A DNA stretch of 64,000 bases from an uncultured Gammaproteobacteria bacterium (GCA_963748215.1 CAVVHS010000005.1:1-64000); one strand, 5' to 3'; counted from the first letter of the stretch, positions 53,643 to 64,000 are shown. The notes: generated by a model from the letters alone, not told the origin. Numbers and translations: made by a program.

Positions 53643-54452
53643 ATGGTTCCGATACTGCCCGGCTTGCTTTCCATAGTCCTGTACCTGGCTGCGAGTTCGC
53701 TGCTGGTGATGCGGCTGGCGGGCGGCGGCACCGTGTTCAACTGCCACCGCAAGCAGATCCTCACCGTCAGCGCGGGTGCGATCATTATTCACGCGGGCTT
53801 CCTGTATCCGCTCGTTTTGCAGACCGAAGGCCTGAACCTGGGCTTTTTCTACGCGGCCTCGCTGATCGCGCTCACCTCGGCCCTGCTACTGGTGCTGGCT
53901 AACCTGTTCCAGCCGGTAGACAACCTGGGGATCGGCGTGTTTCCGCTCGCGGCACTGAGCATCGGCCTGCTGCTGGCCTTCCCGGCCGAGCACCTCATCA
54001 CTGAATCCTCGTCCTGGCAACTGGACAGCCATATCCTGCTTTCGCTGCTCGCCTACAGCATCCTGGGCCTCGCCGTCGTGCAGGCCATCCTACTGGCCAT
54101 CCAGGACCGGCATCTGCACAACCGCCAGCCGGGCGGCTTCATCCGCGCCCTGCCCCCGCTTGCCGTCATGGAGACGCTGCTGTTCCAGATGATCGCCGCC
54201 GGCTTTGTCCTGCTGACGCTGGCGCTGGTCACCGGCGCCCTGTTTCTCGAGGATATCTTCGCCCAGCACCTGGTGCACAAGACCGTTCTCTCGATCGTGG
54301 CCTGGCTCGTGTTCGCCATCCTGCTGTGGGGGCGCTGGCGCTTCGGCTGGCGCGGCCGTACCGCGCTGCGCTGGACGATCGGCGGCTTCATCTTTCTGAT
54401 GCTCGCCTACCTGGGCAGCAAGTTCGTGCTGGAACTGGTGCTGGGGCGCTAG
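53643..54452 (+). CDS. ypjD: Cytochrome c assembly (CcsA-like) inner membrane protein
   Basis: Multi-TM, HLVHKTVLS, FGWRG, LAYLGSKFV; divergent from ffh. Confidence 0.9.
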   Translation: MVPILPGLLSIVLYLAASSLLVMRLAGGGTVFNCHRKQILTVSAGAIIIHAGFLYPLVLQTEGLNLGFFYAASLIALTSALLLVLANLFQPVDNLGIGVFPLAALSIGLLLAFPAEHLITESSSWQLDSHILLSLLAYSILGLAVVQAILLAIQDRHLHNRQPGGFIRALPPLAVMETLLFQMIAAGFVLLTLALVTGALFLEDIFAQHLVHKTVLSIVAWLVFAILLWGRWRFGWRGRTALRWTIGGFIFLMLAYLGSKFVLELVLGR

Positions 54453-54649
54453 CCCGCGTTTCCCATCGCCCCAGGCATCGCCCATTGACACACTGTCTGG
54501 TGTCAAACCGGCATCATTTCCGTCATTTCCATCATTCCGGCTCGTGATATGGACAACCGCCGCCCGGCGAGAAGCGCGGGCTGAGCCTGACACATCCCGC
54601 GGTTTTGCGTACACTTGGGCCTCGATAATCAACCAGAGGCTGTCCCCGT

Positions 54650-55945
54650 TTGGACGACACCCCACTAAGCGTGCTGTTTGCGGCGCTGTTCTTCCTGATA
54701 CTGCTGTCCGCCTTTTTCTCCGGTTCCGAAACCGGCCTGATGACGCTGAACCGCTATCGCCTGCGCCACCTGGCCGATAAAAAACATCCCGGCGCCCTGC
54801 GCGCGCAGAAACTGCTGGAACGCCAGGACCGCCTGATCGGGTTGATCCTGCTCGGCAACAACTTCGTCAACATCCTCGCCTCCATCCTGATGACGCTGAT
54901 CGCACTGCGCATCAATGACGATGCAGGCTTCATCTTCGCAGCCGGCATGGTGCTGACCATCGTCATCCTGCTGTTTGCCGAGGTCACGCCCAAGACACTG
55001 GCCGCGCTGCACCCGGAACGCATCGCCTTCCCGGCGTCCTTCGTGTACGTACCGCTGCTGCGCCTGTTGTACCCGCTGGTGTGGGTCGTGAACATGATCG
55101 CCAACGGCCTGCTCAGGCTGCTGGGCGTGTCACCCGAAGGCGGCGCCTCGCAGGCACTGACCAAGGAGGAGTTGCGTACCGTGGTGCTGGAGGCCGGCGC
55201 GATGATTCCCGCGCGCCACCAATCGATGCTGCTGAACCTGATGGACCTCGAACATGTGAGCGTCGAGGACATCATGGTACCGCGCAACGAGGTCACCGGC
55301 ATCGACATCAACGACGACTGGGCCACCATCAGCAAGACGCTGACCGACAGCCAGTACACCCGCATGCCGCTGTACGATGAAAACATCGATCACGTCATCG
55401 GCATCCTGCACATGCGCGACGTGCTGCCGCACCTGTACCGCGGCGAACTCGATCACGCCGCGTTGAGGGACATCGCACGCGAACCCTATTTCATCCCCGA
55501 AACCACCTCGCTGAACCGGCAGCTGCTCAACTTCCAGCGCAAACGCCGGCGCATCGGCTTCGCCGTGGACGAGTACGGCGACATCCAGGGGCTGGTGACG
55601 CTGGAAGATATCCTCGAGGAGATCGTCGGTGAATTCACCTCGGACCCGTCCGCCCAGTTCGAGGATATCCAGCCGCAGGAGGACGGCACCTGGCTGGTGG
55701 ACGGCACGGTCAGCATTCGCACCCTGAACGCCGCACTCGACATGGCGCTATCCACCGACGGACCGAAGACGCTCAACGGGCTCATTATCGAGGAACTCGA
55801 AATGATCCCCGAGACCAACACCAGCCTGCTGCTCGATAACCACCCGGTCGACATCCTGCAGACCAAGGACAACCGGATCAAAACGGTACGCATCCACCCG
55901 GCGCTGAAGAAAGCGGAACCGGACGTGACGGAGCCCGGCACATGA
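54650..55945 (+). CDS. HlyC/CorC (CNNM) family transporter
   Basis: SAFFSGSET, ILLGNN, AEVTPKT, CBS pair, VDEYG. Confidence 0.92.
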   Translation: MDDTPLSVLFAALFFLILLSAFFSGSETGLMTLNRYRLRHLADKKHPGALRAQKLLERQDRLIGLILLGNNFVNILASILMTLIALRINDDAGFIFAAGMVLTIVILLFAEVTPKTLAALHPERIAFPASFVYVPLLRLLYPLVWVVNMIANGLLRLLGVSPEGGASQALTKEELRTVVLEAGAMIPARHQSMLLNLMDLEHVSVEDIMVPRNEVTGIDINDDWATISKTLTDSQYTRMPLYDENIDHVIGILHMRDVLPHLYRGELDHAALRDIAREPYFIPETTSLNRQLLNFQRKRRRIGFAVDEYGDIQGLVTLEDILEEIVGEFTSDPSAQFEDIQPQEDGTWLVDGTVSIRTLNAALDMALSTDGPKTLNGLIIEELEMIPETNTSLLLDNHPVDILQTKDNRIKTVRIHPALKKAEPDVTEPGT

Positions 55946-56214
55946 AACTCCTGTTCAATCTCGAGGTCATTGAAGGTAACCGTGTCCGGGCGCGCCCCAG
56001 CGATTACCTCAACTCGCTGGAACCGCAGGAACAGCTCGCCGCGGTCCGGGAATTCCTCGCCTGGGCCGAGCAGGAGGTGGCCGGCAACAGCGATCCGCAG
56101 GCACGCGCCGAGGCCGAAATCGGCATCGCCACGGCACGGCAGTTTCTCGACCGGCTGGAACAGACACAGGCACGGATCATCACCGATCCACGCGGGAGCC
56201 AGACGCATGACTGA
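55942..56214 (+). CDS. Hypothetical protein
   Basis: 90-aa ORF coupled by overlaps to both neighbours. Confidence 0.7.
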   Translation: MKLLFNLEVIEGNRVRARPSDYLNSLEPQEQLAAVREFLAWAEQEVAGNSDPQARAEAEIGIATARQFLDRLEQTQARIITDPRGSQTHD

Positions 56215-56608
56215 CAAGATCAGCAAGACCGACGACGAGTGGCGCGCACAGTTGACCACGGAACAGTACCAGGTCACGCGCCGGCACGGCACGGAACGGC
56301 CGTTTACCGGCAAGTACCTCGACTGCAAGGACGACGGCACCTATACCTGCGCCTGTTGCGGCGCGGAACTGTTCCGCTCGCAGGACAAGTTCGATTCCGG
56401 CAGCGGCTGGCCCAGCTTCGTGCGCGCCGGCAACAGTGAAAACATCCGCACGGTCACCGACTCCAGCCACGGCATGGTACGTACCGAAGTGACTTGCGCA
56501 CGCTGCGATGCGCACCTCGGTCACGTGTTCGAGGATGGCCCGGCGCCGACCGGGCTGCGCTACTGCATCAACTCGCTGTCGCTCGGTTTCGACGACGACC
56601 CGTCCTGA
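56207..56608 (+). CDS. msrB: Peptide methionine sulfoxide reductase B
   Basis: [31 protein letters not shown]. Confidence 0.96.
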   Translation: MTDKISKTDDEWRAQLTTEQYQVTRRHGTERPFTGKYLDCKDDGTYTCACCGAELFRSQDKFDSGSGWPSFVRAGNSENIRTVTDSSHGMVRTEVTCARCDAHLGHVFEDGPAPTGLRYCINSLSLGFDDDPS

Positions 56609-56844
56609 CCCGTAGCGACGCGTCGCGTCGCGGGCCTCCAGCCGATTGATATCCATCAAGCCTGCCGCAATGAACGGATGCCGCCGACGGACAATGGGAG
56701 TATGGTGACTGTTGCAGGATCATCGCCACCTGATGGTTGCGATCACTTACACACGCTGGACGGAATAACATGAACGCGTCTCATCTGTCTTCCCGAAGAT
56801 CAGATCGAAGCGACGCTCGGCCAGCTCAGCCAGGAGACAACACC

Positions 56845-57444
56845 ATGCACAACATAACGATCAGACACTGCGCACTTTTCACGGCCGGCCTGTTGCTTGC
56901 GAGCACCGCCGGTGCATTCGATATGGGCAATATGATGAATCCAACCAAGTGGATGGGCGGCGATAACGATGATGACCGCTATGATGACTACGGCGGCGGC
57001 TATCCGGGTGGTTATGGCGGCGGCTATCCGGGCGGTTACGGCGGCGGCTATCCGGGTGGTTATGGCGGCGGCTATCCGGGCGGTTACGGCGGCGATCCCG
57101 GTTATGGGTATGGCACCACCTACGGCGCGCCCGGCTACGGCGGCATGCCCGGCTATGGCGGCGAGCCCGGTTATGGGTATGGCACCACCTACGGCGCACC
57201 CGGTTATGGCGGCGCGCCCGGTTACGGTGGCATGCCCGGTTACGGCGCCACGCCCGGTTACGGCGGCTCGCCCGGCGTTGGCGGCGTCTCCGGCTATACC
57301 GGCGCACCGCCCCCCAGCGCAACGCAGCCGGATAGCGGCAGTGACGAGGAGATCAAGCAGCTGAAAGCGCGCATACGCAAGCTCGAGGAGGCCAACAAGC
57401 CGGGGCAGCCGGTCTGGGGTCAGGAGGGCTACGGATACCGCTGA
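56845..57444 (+). CDS. Secreted Gly/Tyr/Pro-repeat protein, sulfur-globule-protein-like
   Basis: RBS AGGAG, signal peptide ending AGA-F, GGYPGGYG repeats, C-terminal coiled coil IKQLKARIRKLEE. Confidence 0.7.
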   Translation: MHNITIRHCALFTAGLLLASTAGAFDMGNMMNPTKWMGGDNDDDRYDDYGGGYPGGYGGGYPGGYGGGYPGGYGGGYPGGYGGDPGYGYGTTYGAPGYGGMPGYGGEPGYGYGTTYGAPGYGGAPGYGGMPGYGATPGYGGSPGVGGVSGYTGAPPPSATQPDSGSDEEIKQLKARIRKLEEANKPGQPVWGQEGYGYR

Positions 57445-57537
57445 TCTGCCGTCCGGAGACAGCTGCTCCGGCGTTCCGCACTGACTGTTCCGGACTTATT
57501 CCCGGGTCAGGGTAAGTGTCCGGCCATCGTCAAGCGC

Positions 57538-57572
57538 CCCCTGCAGCGTGTTTTCGTCAACACGCTGCAGGG
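57538..57572. terminator. Hairpin/terminator after the Gly-rich gene
   Basis: CCCTGCAGCGTGTT-ttcgtc-AACACGCTGCAGGG. Confidence 0.6.
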
Positions 57573-57646
57573 TGGCGATATTGTCCTTGCTATAGTCTGT
57601 ACAGACCTGTGACCGTTCACAGTCGAAAGCGACTGGCTGCCGCATT

Positions 57647-58867
57647 ATGAAACGCAGGGAGTTCATCAACTTTTCGATGCTCGCGCCGCTGGCCGCGGCG
57701 TTTCCACCCGGCGTGTTCGCCATGCCAGCCCCAAGCGCCCGCGCACAGACACAGATGCCAGATACCCTCACCCTGTTTCTCGCCGGGGATGTCATGACCG
57801 GGCGCGGCATCGACCAGATACTGCCGCATCCGGGCGACCCGCACATCTTCGAATCCTGGAGCCGCTCGGCGCTGGATTATGTGCAACTCGCCGAGCTGGC
57901 CAACGGGCCGATCCCCCGGCCGGTGGACTTTGGTTATATCTGGGGCGATGCGCTGCCGGTGCTCGAACAGGCGGCACCCGACGTGCGCCTCATCAACCTG
58001 GAGACAGCGATCACGGCGCGCGGCAAGCCCTGGCCACGCAAGGGCATCCAGTATCGCATGCACCCGGACAACATCGCCTGCCTCAGCGTCGCCGCGATCG
58101 ACTGCTGCGTGCTGGCCAACAACCACGTGCTGGACTGGGACTACGCGGGACTCGGGGAGACACTAGCCAGCCTGGATCACGCCGGACTGACGGGCGTGGG
58201 CGCCGGTCGTGACGCGACAGCGGCACGGGCGCCCGCCGTCATCGCACTGCCGGGAGGTGGCCGGCTACTGGTATTCGCCTGGGGCCTGCCCAGCAGCGGC
58301 ATCCCCGCGGCCTGGGCAGCCGCCGCGCACAAGGCGGGTGTCAAGCTGCTGCCCGACCTCTCGCAGCAGGCCATCGATCACGTTACCACTACCGTGGCGG
58401 CACATCGGCAACCCGGCGACGTGGTGGTCGTTTCCCTGCACTGGGGCGGTAACTGGGGCTATCAGGTGCCGGATGCACACCGCCGCTTTGCGCATGCCCT
58501 CATCGACCTTGCTGCAGCCGACCTGATTCATGGCCATTCCTCGCATCATCCGCTGGGGGTCGAGCTTTACCGGGACAAGCTGATTCTCTACGGCTGCGGC
58601 GACCTGATCGATGACTATGAAGGCATCAGCGGTCACGAGCAGTACCGGATCGACCTTGCCCTGCTCTACCTGGTGACGCTGGAAACTGGCAGTGGCAGAC
58701 TGCGCCAGCTGAAGATGGTGCCGATGCAACGCCGGCGCTTCCGCCTCAATCGTGCGGCCCATGCGGACAGCATCTGGCTGCAGGGCATGCTGGAACGGGA
58801 AAGCCGCGTGGCGGGCAGGCGGATCGAACTGTCGGATGACACCACGCTGCGACTGCAATGGAATTGA
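57647..58867 (+). CDS. CapA family metallophosphatase, Tat-like signal
   Basis: KRREF Tat motif, GDVMTGRG, NLET, LANNH, SLHWG, HGHSSHH. Confidence 0.88.
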   Translation: MKRREFINFSMLAPLAAAFPPGVFAMPAPSARAQTQMPDTLTLFLAGDVMTGRGIDQILPHPGDPHIFESWSRSALDYVQLAELANGPIPRPVDFGYIWGDALPVLEQAAPDVRLINLETAITARGKPWPRKGIQYRMHPDNIACLSVAAIDCCVLANNHVLDWDYAGLGETLASLDHAGLTGVGAGRDATAARAPAVIALPGGGRLLVFAWGLPSSGIPAAWAAAAHKAGVKLLPDLSQQAIDHVTTTVAAHRQPGDVVVVSLHWGGNWGYQVPDAHRRFAHALIDLAAADLIHGHSSHHPLGVELYRDKLILYGCGDLIDDYEGISGHEQYRIDLALLYLVTLETGSGRLRQLKMVPMQRRRFRLNRAAHADSIWLQGMLERESRVAGRRIELSDDTTLRLQWN

Positions 58868-58895
58868 TGCGCGACGCGGGGTTGAGAAACGACGC

Positions 58896-59975
58896 CTACT
58901 GATCCAGTGCAGGGTAATCGGTGTAGCCATGCTCGTCGCCGCCATAGAAGGTATCGGGGTCGGGTGTGTTGAGCGCGGCGCCCTGCCGGAAGCGCTCAAC
59001 CAGGTCCGGGTTGGCGATGTAGAGGGTACCGAAAGACACCATGTCCGCCGCGCCGGACTGAATGGCCTGCTGTGCGCGTGCCAGATCGTAGCCGGCGTTC
59101 GCCAGGTAACAGCCGCTGAACGCTGCGCGGATCCGGCCATAGTCCAGGGTTCGCACAAACGACGGCATGTCGCCCTCGACGACGTGCAGATAGGCCAGTC
59201 CGAAGCCGTCCAGCATGGCAGCAACCTGTTCGAAGGTGGCCTGCGGGTCGCTGTCGTGCATATCGTTGAAGCTGTTTTCCGGGGAGATGCGCACCCCGAC
59301 CCGTCCTGCACCCGTGACCCCGCACACCGCCGCGGTCACCTCGCGCAGCAGGCGCATGCGGTTTTCCAGGCTGCCGCCATAGAGATCGGTACGCCGGTTG
59401 CTGCCATCGCGCAGGAACTGGTCGAGGAGATAGCCGTTGGCGGCATGGATCTCGACACCATCGAATCCTGCCTGCAGCGCATGATGGGCGGCCTGCGCGT
59501 ACTGCTCAACGAGCGCCGGGAGTTCCTGCGTCTCCAGCGCCCGCGGCGTAACGAACGGCTGCATGCCCGTATAGGTGACTGCGTCTCCTGCCGGGCGGAT
59601 GGCCGATGGCGCCACCGGCAATACCCCGCCGGGTTGCAGTGACGGATGGGAAATACGCCCGACATGCCAGAGTTGCAGGACGATACGGCCGCCCCGGTCA
59701 TGCACGGCCAGAACCACATCCTGCCAGCCAGCCAGCTGTTGTGCGCTGTGGATGCCAGGTGTCGAGGGGTAGCCCAGGCCCTGCGGCGATATCTGGGTGG
59801 CCTCGGCGATGATCAGGCCGGCCGAGGCGCGTTGCCGGTAATACTCCACGTTCATGGCCTGCGGCACGTTGCCCTCACCTGCCCGGTTACGGGTCAGGGG
59901 CGCCATCACGACGCGGTTCGGCAACTCCAGCTGGCCGGCGGTGAGCGGTGTAAAAAGATCCCTGTCTGCAGTCAT
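58896..59975 (-). CDS. Alkene reductase (Old Yellow Enzyme, NemA-like)
   Basis: MAPLTR, QLWHVGR, EIHAANGYL, YGGSLENR, ANPDL. Confidence 0.93.
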   Translation of the reverse strand: MTADRDLFTPLTAGQLELPNRVVMAPLTRNRAGEGNVPQAMNVEYYRQRASAGLIIAEATQISPQGLGYPSTPGIHSAQQLAGWQDVVLAVHDRGGRIVLQLWHVGRISHPSLQPGGVLPVAPSAIRPAGDAVTYTGMQPFVTPRALETQELPALVEQYAQAAHHALQAGFDGVEIHAANGYLLDQFLRDGSNRRTDLYGGSLENRMRLLREVTAAVCGVTGAGRVGVRISPENSFNDMHDSDPQATFEQVAAMLDGFGLAYLHVVEGDMPSFVRTLDYGRIRAAFSGCYLANAGYDLARAQQAIQSGAADMVSFGTLYIANPDLVERFRQGAALNTPDPDTFYGGDEHGYTDYPALDQ

Positions 59976-60113
59976 TGCTGTCTCGCTGGCCCGGGGTACC
60001 CCGGGCTGCAAATTATCCATATATGAAATTCAAAACAAGTGACGGCCGAATGGCCATCAGCGGCAACCATCCCGGGAAACACCTTTTCGCGGGGCATTAT
60101 CTGCCCCGGTGAT

Positions 60114-60725
60114 TCAGACAAAGAGTGTGATATCCGCCCCTTTTGCGCTATCCAGATAGGTTGCCGCACCGGCCCATTCGGAGATTTCCGGGATGAAATC
60201 CTCCTGCTTCCAGCCAAACAGGTCGACCGTCATCTGGCAGGCAACCAGTTTGACCTCCGCCTCTATGCACAAATCACGCAGCTCCGGGATGGTCGCGATC
60301 CCATGGTTTTTAACCGTCATTTTCATGAACGATGTCGCCATGTTCTCGAATCCGGGCACACCGGCCATGAGCAGGTTGGGCATGTTCCACTCGACACCCT
60401 GAAACCATTTCGGTCCGAACGGCATTTTCATTGGCATGGCCGGATTGCCCAGGGGACTGATGTGCAGATTCAGATCCTTTTTCAACAGGGCCAGGCCGTA
60501 GAAGGTAAAAAACAGCGTGGCATCCCAGCCCATCGCGGCAGCAGTCGAGCCGACGATAAGGGGCGGATAGGCCCAGTCCAGCGTGCCTTTTGTCACCATG
60601 ATGGAGAGTTTTGGCGTCCGGCTCTCATCCTGCTCCCGCATCTTTTCCTCGAAGCGGCGATCAAACCACGCCTTCAAATCATCCGCCGACATCGCTGCAA
60701 GCGATTTACCTGAAATATCATTCAT
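60114..60725 (-). CDS. DsrE2-type (DsrE/DsrF/DrsH-like) sulfur carrier protein
   Basis: TKGTLDWAYPP, FFTFYGL, SPLGNPAMP, ACQMT. Confidence 0.85.
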   Translation of the reverse strand: MNDISGKSLAAMSADDLKAWFDRRFEEKMREQDESRTPKLSIMVTKGTLDWAYPPLIVGSTAAAMGWDATLFFTFYGLALLKKDLNLHISPLGNPAMPMKMPFGPKWFQGVEWNMPNLLMAGVPGFENMATSFMKMTVKNHGIATIPELRDLCIEAEVKLVACQMTVDLFGWKQEDFIPEISEWAGAATYLDSAKGADITLFV

Positions 60726-60920
60726 ACCAACCCTGAATACCTCCGTCAGTCCCGCCGGTCAGCCCGTGGCCAGCGAAGAATTGATGATGCATATCATTAC
60801 CGACCGCTGTCCCTGGCCAGCCCCCGCCACGGCTTTCAGCCGGTTCGCCCGGCGCCTGCGTCCTGGCCGTCGCGCAGTCGCGGCGGCGGACAAAGCCAGG
60901 GACAACCGTAACTGGCGCGA

Positions 60921-61190
60921 TCAGATCGGCCCGACCAGCCTGGCCTCCAGGTTCAGCGAGGTGAAGCTTTTCAGCACCTGCTGCGAGGAAAACATATCGC
61001 GGTCGTATTTCACCAGCAACAGATGATGACGCAACGGGCAAAATTCGGCTGCGCTGATGACATTCATCTGTTTCAGTTTAGAGACCACACGATCACGCTG
61101 TTGCTCCCCCAGGTCATCCTTTACATACACAACCACTTCAACAACACTTTTGACGTTATCAATCGGCATCTGTTCGGCTATCGCATCCAT
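60921..61190 (-). CDS. Small HMA-like-fold hypothetical protein
   Basis: RBS GAGGAG; VVVYV..HLLLVKYD..ARLVG. Confidence 0.65.
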   Translation of the reverse strand: MDAIAEQMPIDNVKSVVEVVVYVKDDLGEQQRDRVVSKLKQMNVISAAEFCPLRHHLLLVKYDRDMFSSQQVLKSFTSLNLEARLVGPI

Positions 61191-61431
61191 AAGTAGCTGT
61201 CTCCTCACTCGATCAATTACTGTTCTTTCACCCTGTCGTCGGTAACCCGCCACTCGCCCGGGTTACCTGACTGACAGCGCGATACTACTCGCCGGATTAC
61301 AAATTACAAAATGTTAATACACTGTTAGTCCGCTACTCGTATCAGAACGGTGCGTGTCTCACCGGCTTGCAGTAAAAAGACCGCGATGCATGCGACCCTG
61401 CTGTCCGGCCGTGACAGACGGCGTGCAGCCG

Positions 61432-62805
61432 TCAATCGAGTTCGACCATCGCATCCAGCACCTGCGACAGTCTGCCCACCGCAGTCACCTCGATGTCAGC
61501 GGGTGGCTTGCGCGGCCGGTTCGCCGCCGGAATGATGGCGCGCGTGAAGCCGTGCTTGACCGCCTCGTGCAGGCGTTCCTGGCCATTCGGCACCGGGCGC
61601 AGCTCGCCGGACAGGCCCACTTCGCCGAACACGATCAGCTGTTCCGGCAACGGCCGGTTGCGGAAACTGGACATCACGGCCAGCAGCACGGCCAGGTCTG
61701 CGGCGGTTTCCGTGACGCGCACACCGCCGACCACGTTGACGAACACGTCCTGGTCGCCCAGCGCCAGGCCGCCGTGGCGGTGCAGCACCGCCAGCAGCAT
61801 GGACAGCCGGTTCTGTTCCAGGCCCAGCGTCACCCGCCGTGGATTGCCCAGCTGGCTCTGGTCGACCAGCGCCTGCACCTCCACCAGCAGCGGGCGCGTG
61901 CCCTCCCAGGTCACCATCACCACGCTGCCCGGCACGGGCTGTTCGTGGCGCGACAGGAAGATGGCCGAGGGATTGCTCACCTCCTTCAGTCCCTTCTCCG
62001 TCATGGCGAACACGCCCAGTTCGTTGACGGCGCCGAAGCGGTTCTTGATGGCGCGCAGGATGCGGTAACGATCACCCGGGTCACCCTCGAAGTACAGCAC
62101 GGTGTCGACCATGTGCTCGAGCACGCGCGGACCGGCCAGTGTGCCTTCCTTGGTGACGTGCCCGACCAGGAACATGGCGATGCCGCTCTGCTTGGCGAAG
62201 CGCACCAGCTGGGCGGCACTCTCGCGCACCTGCGCGACCGAGCCGGGCGCGGACTGCAGGGCCTCGGTATACAGCGTCTGGATGGAATCCAGCACCATCA
62301 CCTGCGGTCGCTCGCGTGCAGCAGTCGCGATGATGCGCTCCACCGAAGTTTCCGAGTAGAGGCGGATTGCTTGACCGTCGATGCCCAGCCGCCCGGCGCG
62401 CAGGGAAATCTGCTGCAGCGATTCCTCGCCGGTGACGTACAGCGACGACAGGTCGCCGGACAGCGCCGCCAGCACCTGCAGCAGCAGGGTCGACTTGCCG
62501 ATGCCCGGGTCACCGCCCAGCAGCACCACCGAACCGGCCACCAGGCCGCCGCCAAGCACGCGATCGAGTTCCGCGAGACCGACCGAGCTGCGCAGATGGG
62601 CATCGGGCGTGACGGACGCCAGCGGCGTCACCACGCCACCGCTGCCGCCGCTGTAGCCGGCATGGCGTGACGGCGCCGCCGTGGAAGGTGCCATGACACC
62701 TTCCAGCAGCGTGTTCCAGTTACCGCATTCGCCGCACTGGCCTGCCCATTGCGGATACTGGCTGCCGCAGACGCTGCAGGTATAGATTGTTTTCACCTTG
62801 GCCAT
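61432..62805 (-). CDS. radA: DNA repair protein RadA/Sms
   Basis: Zn finger, GDPGIGKSTL, KNRFG, GEVGLSGE. Confidence 0.97.
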   Translation of the reverse strand: MAKVKTIYTCSVCGSQYPQWAGQCGECGNWNTLLEGVMAPSTAAPSRHAGYSGGSGGVVTPLASVTPDAHLRSSVGLAELDRVLGGGLVAGSVVLLGGDPGIGKSTLLLQVLAALSGDLSSLYVTGEESLQQISLRAGRLGIDGQAIRLYSETSVERIIATAARERPQVMVLDSIQTLYTEALQSAPGSVAQVRESAAQLVRFAKQSGIAMFLVGHVTKEGTLAGPRVLEHMVDTVLYFEGDPGDRYRILRAIKNRFGAVNELGVFAMTEKGLKEVSNPSAIFLSRHEQPVPGSVVMVTWEGTRPLLVEVQALVDQSQLGNPRRVTLGLEQNRLSMLLAVLHRHGGLALGDQDVFVNVVGGVRVTETAADLAVLLAVMSSFRNRPLPEQLIVFGEVGLSGELRPVPNGQERLHEAVKHGFTRAIIPAANRPRKPPADIEVTAVGRLSQVLDAMVELD

Positions 62806-62982
62806 CGTCGGCAGTAGAGTACCCGGAACGCCGTACGACGTCATCTCCGTCCGCCGCATGCTTCGGAGTGGACTTTACCGGCGCGCGCGGGTTATAAGCG
62901 CTTGAACCCGCCATGCATCTGCCGGCCTGCACAGCACCGGTTTCATGCCCTGCGACTTCAACCCGATGTGAGGAAACGCTTC

Positions 62983-64000
62983 ATGCACTGCCATTCGACT
63001 GACCGTCCCCTGGACGACCTCCGTACCTGCATGCGCCGCGCCTGCCGCCGACTGGTCCTGATGCTGGCACTCGGCCTGCCGCTCCTGGCGCCGCCGGGTA
63101 CGGCGACCGCGGCAGACGAGCCGGCACCGGCCGTCGACACCCAGGTCAGTGAAACCATCAATACCCTGAACTCGCTGCTCGACCTGGAGCGCCAGCTGCG
63201 GGATGACATCGAAAAACTGAATACTCGCCTGGAGGCGACCCAGGGAACTGCGGAAAAGAAAGAGATCCAGGCACAGCTCGACAAGCTGGACAAGGACCTG
63301 CAGACCACGACGAAGAACCTCAAGGAGATCGCCTCCGGTGCAGACATCACCAGCCTGCGCGCCACCGAGGAGACCAAGTTCGACTTCCAGGCCGAATTGT
63401 TTTCGCTGCTGCGTCCGGCGATGAAGGAAATGAAGGAGATGACCGTCCATGTCCGGCAGAAATCCGATCTCAAGGACAAGATCGCCTACTACAGCGCCAA
63501 GCTGCCGGTCACGGAACGCGCGGTCGCCAACATCACCCGCCTGCTGCAGGCCACCGACGACGCGGCGCTGGAGAAGAACCTGCAGGGCATGCTGGCGGAC
63601 TGGAACAAGCAGCTGACCTTCATGCAGAGCGAATTGCAGTCGGCCGAGCTGCAGCTGGAAAAGCTGGAGCGTTCGGAGGCGACGCTGGCCGAGGCCTCGC
63701 AAAGTTACCTGAAGACATTTTTCCAGGCACGCGGCCTGTACCTGATCGAGGCACTGCTGGTCATCGTCGGCGTCCTGCTGGTGTCGCGGCTGTCCTACGC
63801 TGCCATGGTGCGGCTGATTCCCGGCTACCGGGCCGAGCATCGCAGCTTCCGCCTGCGGCTGCTGGATCTGCTGCATCGCCTGGCCACCACGGTGCTGGTC
63901 ATCATCGGCCCGATGGTGGTGTTCTACCTGGTCGAGGACTGGGTGCTGTTCAGTCTCGGTATCCTGCTGCTCATCGGGCTCGGCCTGACCCTGCGCCATG
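62983..64000 (+). CDS. Coiled-coil/TM protein, probably MscS-family N-terminus (partial; not in ORF track)
   Basis: Open frame to the window end: signal peptide, long coiled coil, then TM helices ending EDWVLFSLGILLLIGL. Confidence 0.7.
   Translation, partial: MHCHSTDRPLDDLRTCMRRACRRLVLMLALGLPLLAPPGTATAADEPAPAVDTQVSETINTLNSLLDLERQLRDDIEKLNTRLEATQGTAEKKEIQAQLDKLDKDLQTTTKNLKEIASGADITSLRATEETKFDFQAELFSLLRPAMKEMKEMTVHVRQKSDLKDKIAYYSAKLPVTERAVANITRLLQATDDAALEKNLQGMLADWNKQLTFMQSELQSAELQLEKLERSEATLAEASQSYLKTFFQARGLYLIEALLVIVGVLLVSRLSYAAMVRLIPGYRAEHRSFRLRLLDLLHRLATTVLVIIGPMVVFYLVEDWVLFSLGILLLIGLGLTLRH

Overview
GC-rich gammaproteobacterial chromosome, probably a sulfur oxidiser (DsrE2-like gene, Gly/Tyr/Pro-rich sulfur-globule-like protein). 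The core backbone is csrA-lysC-alaS-recX-recA-thpR-pncC / mutS-fdxA-addB-addA-ybbN / dsbC-xerD / adk / htpG / rplS-trmD-rimM-rpsP / ffh-ypjD-yfjD-msrB / radA. The left end is the border of an integrative element (tyrosine integrase, excisionase-like ORF, HTH and Rep-like genes, all with frameshifts) abutting tRNA-Arg(ACG). tRNA-Ser(GCT) is followed by RtT-like 176/177-bp tandem repeats. A 4.5-kb cytochrome b/SHP/DHC + PepSY/two-component block lies between copies of the tRNA-Ser 3' end. Many intergenic gaps hold nested small repeats: GTAG- and CGTC-type REPs, a REP pair enclosing a RAYT remnant, IS-ended MITEs, 7-10-bp-period triplets and a ~72-75-bp multi-hairpin module inserted into other elements. 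The best novel candidates are a sigma54-promoted, ACAAGAAC-rich CrcZ-like sRNA between rpsP and ffh, and the T-loop-inserting hairpin module with its tRNA-linked repeat array. All calls come from reading the sequence; no database searches were run.
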